Positions 51,360 to 63,010 of a stretch of DNA of 64,000 bases are shown in pieces; the first letter of the stretch is position 1; every line of letters starts with the position of its first letter. Location: assembly GCF_035084215.1 (NCBI RefSeq), contig NW_027139272.1, positions 62,001-126,000 on the forward strand, written 5' to 3'. Both the position numbers and the translations under genes were made by a program. This DNA is from Heptranchias perlo (lineage: Eukaryota). The notes beneath the pieces were generated by a model. That model was not told where the DNA came from, ran no database searches, and saw only the letters and a list, made by a program, of their open reading frames with translations.

Positions 51360-53450
51360 AGGATACAGCACAAACCCTCGCCATGCTTCCCACCACCTCC
51401 AGGGGCTCGGCCATCAGGTCACATCGTCCACCGCGAATAGCAGGTGAATCCCCCTCGCACGAACCCGTCTATTATAAGTGGTGGGGACTCGACCACCACC
51501 CAACGGTGTCAGCTATGGCTCAGTGGGTAGCACTCTCCTCTCTCAGTCACAAGGTCATGGGATCAAGTCCCACTTCAGAGACTTGAGCACAAAATCTAGC
51601 CTGACACACCGAGTGCAGTAGTGAGGGAGCTCTGCACTGTCGGAGGGACAGTACTGAGGGAGCACTGCACTGTCGGAGGGGCAGTACTGAGGGAGTGCTG
51701 CACTGTCAGAGGGGCAGTACTGAGGGAGTGCTGCACTGTCAGAGGGGCAGTACTGAGAGAGTGCTGCACTGTCGGAGGGGCAGTACTGAGGGAGTGCTGC
51801 ACTGTCAGAGGGGCAGTACTGAGAGAGTGCTGCACAGTCGGAGGGGCAGTACTGAGAGAGTGCTGCACAGTCGGAGGGGCAGTGCTGAGGGAGCACTGCG
51901 CTGTCAGAGGGTCAGTACTGAGAGAGTGCTGCACAGTCGGAGGGGCAGTGCTGAGGGAGCACTGCGCTGTCGGAGGGTCAGTACTGAGAGAGCACTGCGC
52001 TGTCGCAGGGGCAGTACTGAGGGAGCACTGCGCTGTCGGAGGGGCAGTACTGAGGGAGCACTGCGCTGTCGGAGGGGCAGTACTGAGGGAGTGCTGCACA
52101 GTCGGAGGGGCAGTACTGAGGGAGCACTGCGCTGTCGGAGGGGCAGTACTGAGGGAGCACTGCGCTGTCGCAGGGGCAGTACTGAGAGAGCACTGCGCTG
52201 TCGCAGGGGCAGTACTGAGAGAGCACTGCGGTGTCGGAGGGTCAGTGCTGAGAGAGCACTGCGGTGTCGGAGGGTCAGTGCTGAGGGAGCACTGCGCTGT
52301 CGCAGGGGCAGTACTGAGAGAGCACTGCGGTGTCGGAGGGTCAGTGCTGAGAGAGCACTGCGGTGTCGGAGGGTCAGTGCTGAGAGAGTGCTGCACATTC
52401 GGAGGGGCAGTACTGAGAGAGCACTGCACTGTCAGAGGGGCAGTACTGAGGGAGTGCTGCGCTGTCGGAGGGGCAGTACTGAGGGAGCACTGCGCTGTCG
52501 CAGGGGCAGTACTGAGAGAGCACTGCGCTGTCGCAGGGGCAGTACTGAGAGAGTGCTGCACAGTCGGAGGGGCAGTACTGAGAGAGTGCTGCACAGTCGG
52601 AGGGGCAGGACTGAGAGAGTGCTGCACAGTCGGAGGGTCAGGACTGAGAGAGTGCTGCACAGTCGGAGGGGCAGTACTGAGAGAGCACTGCACTGTCAGA
52701 GGGGCAGTACTGAGGGAGTGCTGCACAGTCGGAGGGGCAGTACTGAGGGAGTGCTGCGCTGTCGGAGGGGCAGTACTGAGGGAGTGCTGCACAGTCGGAG
52801 GGGCAGTACTGAGGGAGCACTGCGCTGTCGCAGGGACAGTACTGAGGGAGCACTGCACTGTCGGAGGGACAGTACTGAGGGAGCGCTGCACTGTCGGAGG
52901 GGCAGCACTGAGGGAGTGCTGCACTGTCGGAGGGTCAGCACTGAGGGAGCGCTGTGCTGTGGGAGGGACAGTACTGAGGGAGCGCTGCACTGTCAGAGGG
53001 ACAGGACTGAGGGAGCGCTGCACTGTCGGAGGGTCAGCACTGAGGGAGCGCTGCACTGTCGGAGGGTCAGTACTGAGGGAGCGCTGCACTGTCGGAGGGT
53101 CAGTACTGAGGGAGTGCTGTACTATCTGAGGGTCAGTACTGAGGGAGTGCTGTACTATCTGAGGGACAGTACTGAGGGAGTGCTGCACTGACGGGGTGCC
53201 ATCTTTCGGATGAGATGTTGAACCAAGGCCCTGTCTAACGTCTCTGGCAGACGTAAAAGATCCCATAACACTATTTCGACCACCCACTGAGATATAGCTG
53301 ACACCGTTGGGTGGTGGTAGAGTCCCCACCACTTATAATGGACGGGTTCGTGCGAGGGGGATTCACCTGCTATTCGCGGTGGACGATGTGACCTGATGGC
53401 CGAGCCCCTGGAGGTGGTGGGAAGCATGGCGAGGGTTTGTGCTGTATCCT
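51360..53450. repeat. ~170-bp inverted duplication (51360-51528 vs 53282-53450)
   Basis: Near-perfect reverse complement; the same peptide appears in ORFs 51383+ and 53155-. Confidence 0.93.
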
Positions 53451-53680
53451 GTTCTCCCTGGTGTCCTGGCCAATATTTATCCCTCAACCAACATCACTGA
53501 AAAACAGATGATCTGCTCATTATCACGTTGCTGTTTGTGGGATCTTGCTGAGTGTAAATCGGCTGCCATGTTTACTACATGACAACAGTGACTACACTTC
53601 AAAAGTACTTCATTGGCTGTAAAGGTTTGGGACGACCTATGGTCGTGAAAGGCGCTATGTAAATGCAAGTACTTTCTTTC
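51511..53680 (+). mobile_element. tRNA-headed Deu-type SINE with internal minisatellite expansion
   Basis: Head GGCTCAGTGGGTAGCAC...GGATCAAGTCCC; core TCTTTCGGATGAGATGTTGAACC...AAAAGATCCC...GTCCTGGCCAATATTTATCCCTCAACC; L2-like tail ending AAATGCAAGT. Family name is from memory of Deu-SINEs. Confidence 0.75.
51615..53190. repeat. 33-bp minisatellite inside the SINE
   Basis: Unit GCAGTACTGAGGGAGTGCTGCACTGTCGGAGGG, ~47 copies. Confidence 0.95.
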
Positions 53681-53911
53681 AATCCAATTGTCCCCTCTCG
53701 GTGGGAGCGAACCTTTGGCTTAACTGTAGAATTCTTGCCCCTGAGTCAGAAAGGGCAGGGTTTGATCCCCAGTCCCAGCGAGTGGAGACTCACACTGAAT
53801 TCTGGGTTGACATCTAGCGGAATAGTTGCCTCTGGTGTGTGGGTGTGGGTTGTGGGAACTTTTGCTGTACAGGACAAACCACAGCTGGTATAAACATGGG
53901 TATGGCCAGGT

Positions 53912-54766
53912 ACACCATGGGCTAGATAGAGTAAATCTCCCTCTACACTGTCCCATCAAACACTCCCAGGGCAGGTACAGCATGGGTTAGATACAGAGTA
54001 AAGCTTCCTCTACACTGTCCCATCAAACACTCCCAGAGCAGGTACAGCACGGGTTAGATACAGAGTAAAGCTCCCTCTACACTGTCCCATCAAACACTCC
54101 CAGGGCAGGTACAGCATGGGTTAGATACAGAGTAAAGCTCCATCTAAACTGTCCCATCAAACACTCCCAGGGCAGGTACAGCACGGGTTAGATACAGAGT
54201 AAAGCTCCATCTAAACTGTCCCATCAAACACTCCCAGGGCAGGTACAGCATGGGTTAGATACAGAGTAAATCTCCCTCTACACTGTCCCATCAAACACTC
54301 CCAGAGCAGGTACAGCATGGGTTAGATACAGAGTAAAGCTCCATCTAAACTGTCCCATCAAACACTCCCAGGGCAGGTACAGCATGGGTTAGATACAGAG
54401 TAAAGCTTCCTCTACACTGTCCCATCAAACACTCCCAGGGCAGGTACAGCATGGGTTAGATACAGAGTAAAGCTCACTCTACACTGTCCCATCAAACACT
54501 CCCAGGGCAGGTACAGCATGGGTTAGATTGAGAGTAAATCTCCCTCTACACTGTCCCATCAAACACTCCCAGGGCAGATACAGCATGGGTTAGATGCAGA
54601 GTAAAGCTCCCTCTACACTGTCCCATCAAACACTCCCAGGGCAGGTACAGCACGGGTTAGATACAGAGTAAAGCTTCCTCTACACTGTCCCATCAAACAC
54701 TCCCAGGGCAGGTACAGCATGGGTTAGATACAGGGTAAAGCTCCCTCTACACTGTCCCATCAAACA
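53912..54766. repeat. 67-bp minisatellite
   Basis: Unit GGGTTAGATACAGAGTAAAGCTCCCTCTACACTGTCCCATCAAACACTCCCAGGGCAGGTACAGCAT, ~12.5 copies. Confidence 0.95.
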
Positions 54767-55097
54767 TCTGAAGATGGAGCACGGGTGATATTATGGGTGG
54801 TCCTGGCACGTACACCAGTTAAGAGTTTGCAACTTCAGGAGAATATGGGAGGAGAATGGAAGAAAATATATCGTTCGTGGAATTAACTACTGAAAATGGA
54901 TCTTGTTGGTCAGCAGGTGAGGAACCTGCTGTTCTCTGCTCGTCTCTGACATTGTCTGTCTCTGCTGGACTCTGTCGCTTTCTGCTGGTCTCTGCCAGTC
55001 CCTTCTGGTCTCTGATGTTCTCTGCTGGTCACTGCAGAACTCTGCTGGTCTTACTGATCTCTGCCGGTCACTGCAGGACTCTGCCGGTCTCTGCTCA

Positions 55098-55288
55098 TCA
55101 CGGCAGGACTCTGCCAGTTTCTACTGGTCTCTGATGGGTTTTGCTGGTCTCTGATGGGCTCTGCTGGTCTCTCCTGTTTTGCCTCTTGCTCCAGAAGCCA
55201 ATTCCGACGATGATGCCAAGAAGAGTGAGTGAGACGGCTGCTGCTCCAGTCCCAATCCCGACATTCGTGCCTCCTTCTGTCGCCCTCT
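55098..55288 (-). CDS. MHC class I-like gene, transmembrane + cytoplasmic exon
   Basis: CAATAG| acceptor; phase 1 matches the alpha3 donor; ERATEGGTNVGIGTGAAAVSLTLLGIIVGIGFWSKRQNRRDQQSPSETSKTHQRPVETGRVLP* (hydrophobic span followed by a basic stop-transfer stretch). Confidence 0.78.
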
Positions 55289-55749
55289 CTATTGAATTTT
55301 AAAATGATGTTGATCAATAATTATTTCCTAATGATTTCATTAGGTGCTTCATTAAGCTGCACACTGGTACAGTACATGTCTGATAGGGTAATGAACAATT
55401 AAAAATGGATTGAAACATGCCTAACTGGCTCCATTACAAATAATAAGCAGAATACAACTAGTTACCATTCATTAATCTCAGAAACAGGGCAGTTCCTGAC
55501 TAGTTACAGAGTTTAAAGTGCAATTCCTGTACTCTGCAGATTAAATCAACACACGAACCACCTGATATCAGGGATAGAGGCTGCAGAATTACACACTGTA
55601 AAATAACAGTGCAATGCCAAGGAGGGGAAACTATTGGCCATTTCTTTTGACAGATGATGGTTGCAGATTGCAATGTTTGGCCACAGGGAGTGGTTGAGAC
55701 AGAGACCATTGTATGTTTTAAGGGAAGGGTGGCTAAACATTCGAAGCTC

Positions 55750-56440
55750 AGGGAGATACAGAGCAGTGAGGTTAGTTTGGGATTGATACAGGACGATGGG
55801 GAGAGAGTGGGGCAGTGGGATTAGTTTGGGATTGATGCAGGGCTATGGGGAGAGAGTAGGGCAGTGGGATTAGTTTGGGATTGATACAGGGCTATGGGGA
55901 GATACAGAGCAGTGGGTTTAGTTTGGGATTGATACAGGGCTATGGGGAGAGAGTGGGACAGTGGGATTAGTTTGGGATTGATACAGGGCTATGGGGAGAG
56001 AGTGGGGCAGTGGGATTAGTTTGGGATTGATACAGGGCTATGGGGAGGGCGCGGGGCAGTGGGATTAGTTTGGGATTGATACAGGGCTATGGGGAGAGAG
56101 TGGGGCAGTGGGGTTAGTTTGGATTGAGACAGGGCTATGGGGAGGGCGCGGGGCAGTGGGATTAGTTTGGGATTGATACAGGGCTCTGGGGAGAGAGTGG
56201 GGCAGTGGGGTTAGTTTGGATTGTGACAGGGCGATGGGGAGAGAGTGGGACGGGGGATTAGTTTGGGATTGATACAGGGCTATGGAGGGAGAGTGGGGCA
56301 GTGGGATTAGTTTGGGATTGATACAGGGCTATGGGGAGAGAGTGGGGCAGTGGGATTAGTTTGGGATTGATACAGGGCTATGGGGAGAGAGTGGGGCAGT
56401 GGGGTTAGTTTGGATTGTGACAGGGCTATGGGGAAAGGGC
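55750..56440. repeat. 49-bp CR1-derived minisatellite, second locus
   Basis: Same unit as 5689-6515; directly preceded by degenerate CR1 3' sequence (55640-55750). Confidence 0.92.
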
Positions 56441-56624
56441 AGTCTCTCCAATTGAAATCCTCCCACTCAGCAGAGGCCAGGGGTTAAATCTGGGACCCTC
56501 TGGTCTGTCCGTCTTTGTTCCAGATTGGGCAGGTCATTTACCAATTGTGCTATTGGGTAAATTGAAGGGGATTTTGCTCAGTGTAACACCGTGAAAGGTG
56601 GGCATGTGCTATTGAAAGAGAAAA

Positions 56625-58153
56625 GGAAGAGGTGTATTTATATAACACCTTTCATGAGCTCAGGATGTCTCAAAGCACTTTACAGCCAATTAAACTATTT
56701 TGAAGTGTCGTCACTGTTGTGATGTGGAAAACCCGGCAGCCAATTTGCGCACAGCAAGATCCCATGACCAGCAATGTGATAATGATCAGATCACTTTTTT
56801 TATATTCATGTTTATTGAGGGATAAATATTGGCCAGGACACCGGGGATAACTCTCCTGCTCATCCTCGAAATAATGTCATGGGATGTTTCACCTCCACCT
56901 GAGATGGCAGTTGGGGCCTTGACTTAACATCTCATCCGAAAGCTGGCACCTCCCACAGTGCAGCTCTCCCTCAGTACTGACCCTCCGACAGTGCAGCTCT
57001 CCCTCAGTACTGACCCTCCGACAGTGCAGCTCTCCCTCAGTACTGACCCTCCGACAGTATCGCACTCCCTCAGTACTGCCCCTCCGACAGTGCAGCTCTC
57101 CCTCAGTACTGCCCCTCCGACAGTGCAGCTCTCCCTCAGTACTGACCCTCCGACAGTGCAGCTCTCCCTCAGTACTGACCCTCCGACAGTGCAGCTCTCC
57201 CTCAGTACTGACCCTCCGACAGTGCAGCTCTCCCTCAGTACTGACCCTCCGACAGTGCAGCTCTCCCTCAGTACTGACCCTCCGACAGTGCCGCTCTCCC
57301 TCAGTACTGACCCTCCGACAGTGCCGCACTCCCTCAGTACTGACCCTCCGACAGTGCAGCTCTCCCTCAGTACTGACCCTCCGACAGTGCAGCTCTCCCT
57401 CAGTACTGACCCTCCGACAGTATCGCACTCCCTCAGTACTGCCCCTCCGACAGTGCAGCTCTCCCTCAGTACTGCCCCTCCGACAGTGCAGCTCTCCCTC
57501 AGTACTGACCCTCCGACAGTATCGCACTCCCTCAGTACTGCCCCTCCGACAGTGCAGCTCTCCCTCAGTACTGACCCTCCGACAGTACCGCACTCCCTCA
57601 GTACTGACCCTCAGACAGTGCAGCTCTCCCTCAGTACTGACCCTCCGACAGTACCGCACTCCCTCAGTACTGACCCTCCGACAGTGCCGCTCTCCCTCAG
57701 TACTGACCCTCCGACAGTGCCGCTCTCCCTCAGTACTGACCCTCCGACAGTGCCGCTCTCCCTCAGTACTGACCCTCCGACAGTGCCGCTCTCCCTCAGT
57801 ACTGACCCTCCGACAGTGCAGCTCTCCCTCAGTACTGACCCTCCGACAGTGCCGCACTCCCTCAGTACTGACCCTCCGACAGTGCAGCACTCCCTCAGTA
57901 CTGACCCTCCGACAGTGCCGCACTCCCTCAGTACTGACCCTCCGACAGTGCCGCTCTCCCTCAGTACTGACCCTCCGACAGTGCCGCACTCCCTCAGTAC
58001 TGCCTCTTTGACAGTGCAGCTCTCCCTCAGTACTGCCTCTTTGACAGTGCAGCTCTCCCTCAGTACTGACCGTTCGACAGTGCAGCTCTCCCTCAGTACT
58101 GACCCTCCGACAGTGCCGCTCTCCCTCAGTACTGCCCCTTTGACAGTGCAGCG
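56625..58153 (-). mobile_element. Second Deu-type SINE copy with 33-bp minisatellite (56955-58153)
   Basis: Reverse complement of the 53190-53680 core and tail; same 33-bp unit, ~36 copies. Confidence 0.8.
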
Positions 58154-58159
58154 CTCCCC

Positions 58160-59570
58160 CGAAGGATGCAGAGACACGGGGAAGGACCCTGCGGCGCAGG
58201 GAATGACCTTGAGGCACAGGGAATGACCTCGAGTCACAGGGAATGATCTAGAGTCACAGGGGAGGATCCAGAGAAGTGGGGAAGGACGCAGAGACACAAG
58301 GAAGGACCTTGAGGCACGGCAATGACCCAGAGGCACAGGGAAGGATGCAGAGGCACAGGGAATGACCCTGAGACACAGGGAAGGACCCAGAGGCACGAGG
58401 AAGGACCCAGAGGCACGAGGAAGGACCCAGAGGCACAGGGAAGGATGCAGAGGTACGAGGAAGGACCCAGAGGCACAGGGAAGGATGCAGAGGAACGGGG
58501 AATGATCCAGAGGCACGGGGAAGGACCCTGAGACACGGGGAATGATGCAGAGGCACAGGGAATGACCGAGAGGCACGGGGAAGGACCCAGAGGCACGGGG
58601 AAGGATCCAGAGGCACAGGGAAGGATGCAGAGGCACGGGGAAGGACCCAGAGGCACGGGGAAGGACGCAGAGGCACGGGGAGGGACCCAGAGGCACGGGG
58701 AATGACCCAGAGGCACGGGGAATGACCCAGAGGCACGGGGAATGACCCAGAGGCACAGGGAATGATCCAGAGGCACATGGAATGACCCAGAGGCACAGGG
58801 AATGACCCAGAGGCACAGGGAATGACCCAGAGGCACAGGGAAGGATGCAGAGACAGGAGGAAGGATGCAGAGGAACGGGGAATGATCCAGAGGCACAGGG
58901 AATGACCCAGAGGCACAGGGAAGGACCCAGAGGCACAGGGAAGGACCCAGAGGCACAGGGAAGGACCCAGAGGCACAGGGAAGGACGCAGAGGCACAGGG
59001 AAGGACCCAGAGGCACGGGGAATGACCCAGAGGCACAGGGAAGGACGCAGAGGCACGGGGAATGACCCAGAGGCACAGGGAAGGACGCAGAGGCACGGGG
59101 AATGACCCAGAGGCACAGGGAAGGACCCAGAGGCACAGGGAAGGACCCAGAGGCACAGGGAAGGACCCAGAGGCACAGGGAAGGACGCAGAGGCACGGGG
59201 AATGACCCAGAGGCACAGGGAAGGACGCAGAGGCACAGGGAATGACCCAGAGGCACGGGGAATGACCCAGAGGCACAGGGAAGGACCCAGAGGCACGGGG
59301 AATGACCCAGAGGCACAGGGAATGACCCAGAGGCACAGGGAATGACCCAGAGGCACAGGGAATGACCCAGAGGCATGGGGAATGACCCAGAGGCACGGGG
59401 AATGACCCAGAGGCACAGGGAATGACCCAGAGGCACGGGGAATGACCCAGAGGCACAGGGAATGACCCAGAGGCACGGGGAATGACCCAGAGGCACAGGG
59501 AATGACCCAGAGGCACGGGGAATGACCCAGAGGCATGGGGAAGGACCCTGTGAGCCCCCAAGACACGGGG
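58160..59570. repeat. 20-bp minisatellite (class I intron after alpha3)
   Basis: Unit AATGACCCAGAGGCACAGGG and variants, ~65-70 copies. Confidence 0.95.
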
Positions 59571-59686
59571 AAAAGCCCTGCGGCCCTCCCGAGAATCGGG
59601 GAAGGACCCAGAGTTCCAGGAAGTACCTTGAGGCCCCCCCGAGACACAGGGAAAGACCCTGAGCCCCCCCCCGATTTGCCACTCAC

Positions 59687-59959
59687 CCCAGGGTACGTTG
59701 ATCCCCCGCAGGAGGCTGGCGTGCTCGATATGACAGGAGTAGCTCTTCCTGTCGTCTCCACTCAGCTCGATCGTTTTCAGTGCCCGATAGGTCATATCCT
59801 GGTTGGGCAGCACGTCACTGGATTCAATGTCAGCGACCTCCTCGCCATTCCCCAACCAAGTCACCTCGATGGCCCAGGGGTAGAACCCCGACACAAGGCA
59901 GGAGACCCTTAGCACTCTGTCCCCGTCACTCCTCTTCCCAATAAACACCTCAGGGGCGA
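59687..59959 (-). CDS. MHC class I-like gene, alpha3 (Ig C1-set) exon
   Basis: CTCTCAG|TC...TGG G|GTGAGT, 273 bp; VSCLVSGFYPWAIEVTW, VLPNQDMTY and YSCHIEHASL C1-set motifs. Confidence 0.93.
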
Positions 59960-60094
59960 CTGAGAGATTTAAACAAAGAGTACAATCGGTGACAAGTTCT
60001 CTTCTTTTGCCTTCATTTCTTCCCCGCCCACCACCATCAATTTTCTCGGCCTGAAGGCAGATGACTGATGCTGAGAGACAGCTGGAGTTCACCG

Positions 60095-62130
60095 GAGTTC
60101 AGCTGAGGGGTCACCTGATAGAGGTCGTTAAGATTATGAAAGGGTTTGATAGGATAGACGGAGGGAAGATGGGCGCTAAATAGGGCCGTGTAGCGCCCGT
60201 TGTTTCGGCGCTAGACGGCCTCTCTGACATCCAAGATCGCATCTCGGATGCGCACGCACATTTCCTGCGTGACGTGTGCCGGACGCCATCTTGGTGTAGG
60301 AGTTCGTGCAGGCGCAGATAACGAACACTGGAATCATGTAAAGTAGGGAGAAAATGGCTTCAATCAGTGTGCAACGCTGATTTAAAGTGATAGACACCAT
60401 TTCGGGACTTAACGCTCAACTCAACGCACAGTCTTAACCCTGACCATCTGAACGTGTCTTACAGTTCCTGGAGGACCCCCCACCGGCACTATTTAAAGGG
60501 ACCATGCAGGATTTACAGGTTAGTGGCTGGATTATTGCTTCTGGCTGCCAAGACATTCAAAACTGTTTTCGGAGGTCTCCTACATTTGAATACTGGGACA
60601 CAGGGATATAGCCTAACATTTAGATCCATGACGTGCAGGAGTGAAGTTAGGAAATGCTTCTTCACACAAAGGGTGGGAGATGTTTGGAATGCTCTTCTAC
60701 AGACAGCAGTTGATGCTCGCTCACTTGTGAATGTTAAATCTGAGATTGATAGATTTCTGTGAACCAAGGGTATTAAGGGATATGGGGCTAAGGTGGGTAT
60801 ATGGAGTTAGGTCACAGGTCCACCATGATCTCATTGAATGGTGGAACAGGCTCGAGGGGCTGAATGCCACTGTCACTTGCTGCCTCTTGATATGCACCAC
60901 CTTCTCCTGTGTCTGGGTGATGTTCCTGTCATGGTTGAATAGCTGCCAGTGTGTGTGGCCTGTGAGTTGTGGGTGGGCGGCTTGAAACAGTGGTAATGTG
61001 TAAGGGTGAGAGGAAGCATCTGATGGGAAGAGTTGAGTACTGATGGAAAGAGTTTGTTGGTATGTGGGTGATGGGGGTGTAGTGTGTGGAGCAGTTGGTT
61101 GGAGACAACACCTGACAGTTGACCTCACTCACCTTGACCACTCATGTCAAAGCATTGAACTTCTTCCTGCAATACATCCATGTTCATGATGCTGTGAGCC
61201 TGGCATTGACTTCGTCCCCTGCTGCCTCCCACTGCCTTTTGGATATCTGTCTGGAGGGCCTCTTGCCCCCCTCCCCCCACCAACTGTGGATATAGGCTGT
61301 CCCTCCTTCTGTCCACCTCTTGCACCAAGGTCTCTAGTGCATCAGCAGAGAACCTTGGTGCATGCACTCTCACAGGGCTGGTACCAACTCAGATCGGCAG
61401 ATTGGTGAGGTCTGTTGTGCAGATTGGAGGATGTGGGATTTAGTATTGCGCAACCTTTATTCAATGTTTTAACATAACTCATCAGTGTGTAAACATAGGG
61501 ATGGGACCTGCATCGTGTTTTACATATGTGATGTCTGATCTCCGTTCAGACTCCGTGCAGACTGTTATTTTCAGCAAATAACAGGTACCAGCTCCCTTTA
61601 AGAGATTTCCAACAAACATCCTCCCTTTAAGAGATTGGACTCCCTCTGGTGGTGGAAAGTGTGAATTGCATTGATTCCAGGTGCAAGGCCTGGGATGGAA
61701 CGCTGATCGCAGGTCGGTCCTCGGGTGGGTCGAAACTTGCATCCTGCCTGCGCCGGGACCATTGGACACGGGGTAAAGCACATCACGCTGCCCCCGCCCA
61801 AAAACGGCCACATCCAAATTTTTCCCCCGATGTTTCCACTTGTGGCAGAGGCCAGAACGCGGGGCCATAAATATAAGAGAGTCACTAATAAATCCAATGG
61901 GGAATTCAGGAGAAACTCAGAGAGTGGTTTGAATGTGGAGCTCGCTCTCACAAGGAGTAGTTGAGGCGAATAGCACAGATGCCTTTAAGGGGAAGCTGGA
62001 TAAACACATGAGGGAGAAAGGAATAGAAGGATATGCTGATCGGGGGAGATGAAGTAGGGAGGGTGCAGCAATAACACTGGCATAGACCTGTTGGGCCGAA
62101 TGGCCTGTTTCTGTGTTGTAAATTCCATGT
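60095..62130 (+). mobile_element. CR1 3' fragment split by a DNA transposon insertion
   Basis: ...GGAGGGAAGAT (60170) resumes as GATGTTTCCACTTGTGG (61829). Confidence 0.75.
60171..61828 (-). mobile_element. PIF/Harbinger-type DNA transposon remnant with a Myb/SANT-like exon
   Basis: 3-bp duplication GAT on both sides; GGG...CCC ends; minus strand APRFSADALETLVQEVDRRRDSLYP then (frameshifted) KRQWEAAGDEVNAR..TWMYCRKKFNAL, with a GTGAG donor at ~61132; contains another CR1 fragment at ~60570-60870. Confidence 0.7.
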
Positions 62131-62480
62131 AACGGGTCACGTTCCGGTAACGCACACAAGCACCCAGTGTTCACGAGTGAGCCTTCACAGTGAGGACCAG
62201 GAAGCTATTCAACCATGGGGGTATTACAATTTAGTTGAACCCCGTCCTCACCCGATGTCAACACGCACGGGCTTTCCAGCCGGGGAGACTGAGTAGGTCA
62301 TCGGATTTAGGTCACCTGCCCGATTATCTCCCCCATCCCCACCCCACCCACCCCAAGGGGTACTGAGGCCAGGTGCAGCACCCCTCACTGCTACCCTGTC
62401 CGGGAACAGCTGGCTCAGGACAGACTGGGAATATAAACTTTGCCTGTACGGCACCTCCAGTTCCCGCTCGCTCGAGGTAC

Positions 62481-62756
62481 CTTTCCTCTGTAGTGCTTCT
62501 CGCCCAGCCCGAAGGTATATCAGCAGCCACTTCACACAGTCCTTTTCCAACAGGGTCTTGAAGTATTTGTTCATGAAGGTGTTCGCATTCCACCGGTCTG
62601 CTAAAGTCTGGAACTCTGGATTCACCGCAATCCAACTCAATCTGTCCTTGTCAAAAACATACGCGTCCTCCCCGTCATATCCAAACTTTATAAACCCCTC
62701 TGTGGAATTGTCGCTGTTCAGTTCGCAGCCACACATTCCCTGGACAAAGAAAACAC
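62481..62756 (-). CDS. MHC class I-like gene, alpha2 exon (nonclassical)
   Basis: TTTCTCCAG|GT...AAA G|GTACCT, 276 bp (canonical size); GVFFVQGMCGCEL, FGYDGED, SW, RW and LEKDCVKWLLIYL. Confidence 0.93.
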
Positions 62757-62809
62757 CTGGAGAAACAACTCAAGTCAATTGAAAATGTGAAAAGGGTTCG
62801 ATCGGGTAC

Positions 62810-63010
62810 ATACAACAACAACAACTTGCATTTATATAGCGCCTTTCACGGAGTAAAACATCACAAGGCACTTGACAAACAAAATTTGACACCGAGCCAC
62901 ATGAGGAGATATCAGGACAGGTGACCAAAAGCTTGGACAAAGAGGTAGGTTTGAAGGAGCATCTTAAAGGAGGAGAGAGAGGTGGAGAGGTTTAGGGAGG
63001 GAATTCCAGA
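62810..63010 (-). mobile_element. L2 LINE 3' end
   Basis: Matches 26670-26880, including the (ACA)n/CTTGCATTT tail. Confidence 0.8.

Noticed and set aside
51596-53332. Long ORFs of 498-578 aa on both strands
   Set aside because: Read-through of a stop-free 33-bp minisatellite
51360-53450. Terminal inverted repeats of a DNA transposon
   Set aside because: The right arm interrupts a SINE that continues beyond it, the arm includes SINE head sequence, and no TSD is seen
56889-59761. ORFs of 422-716 aa
   Set aside because: Products of the 33-bp and 20-bp minisatellites. In ORF 58254-60092 only 59687-59959 is a real exon
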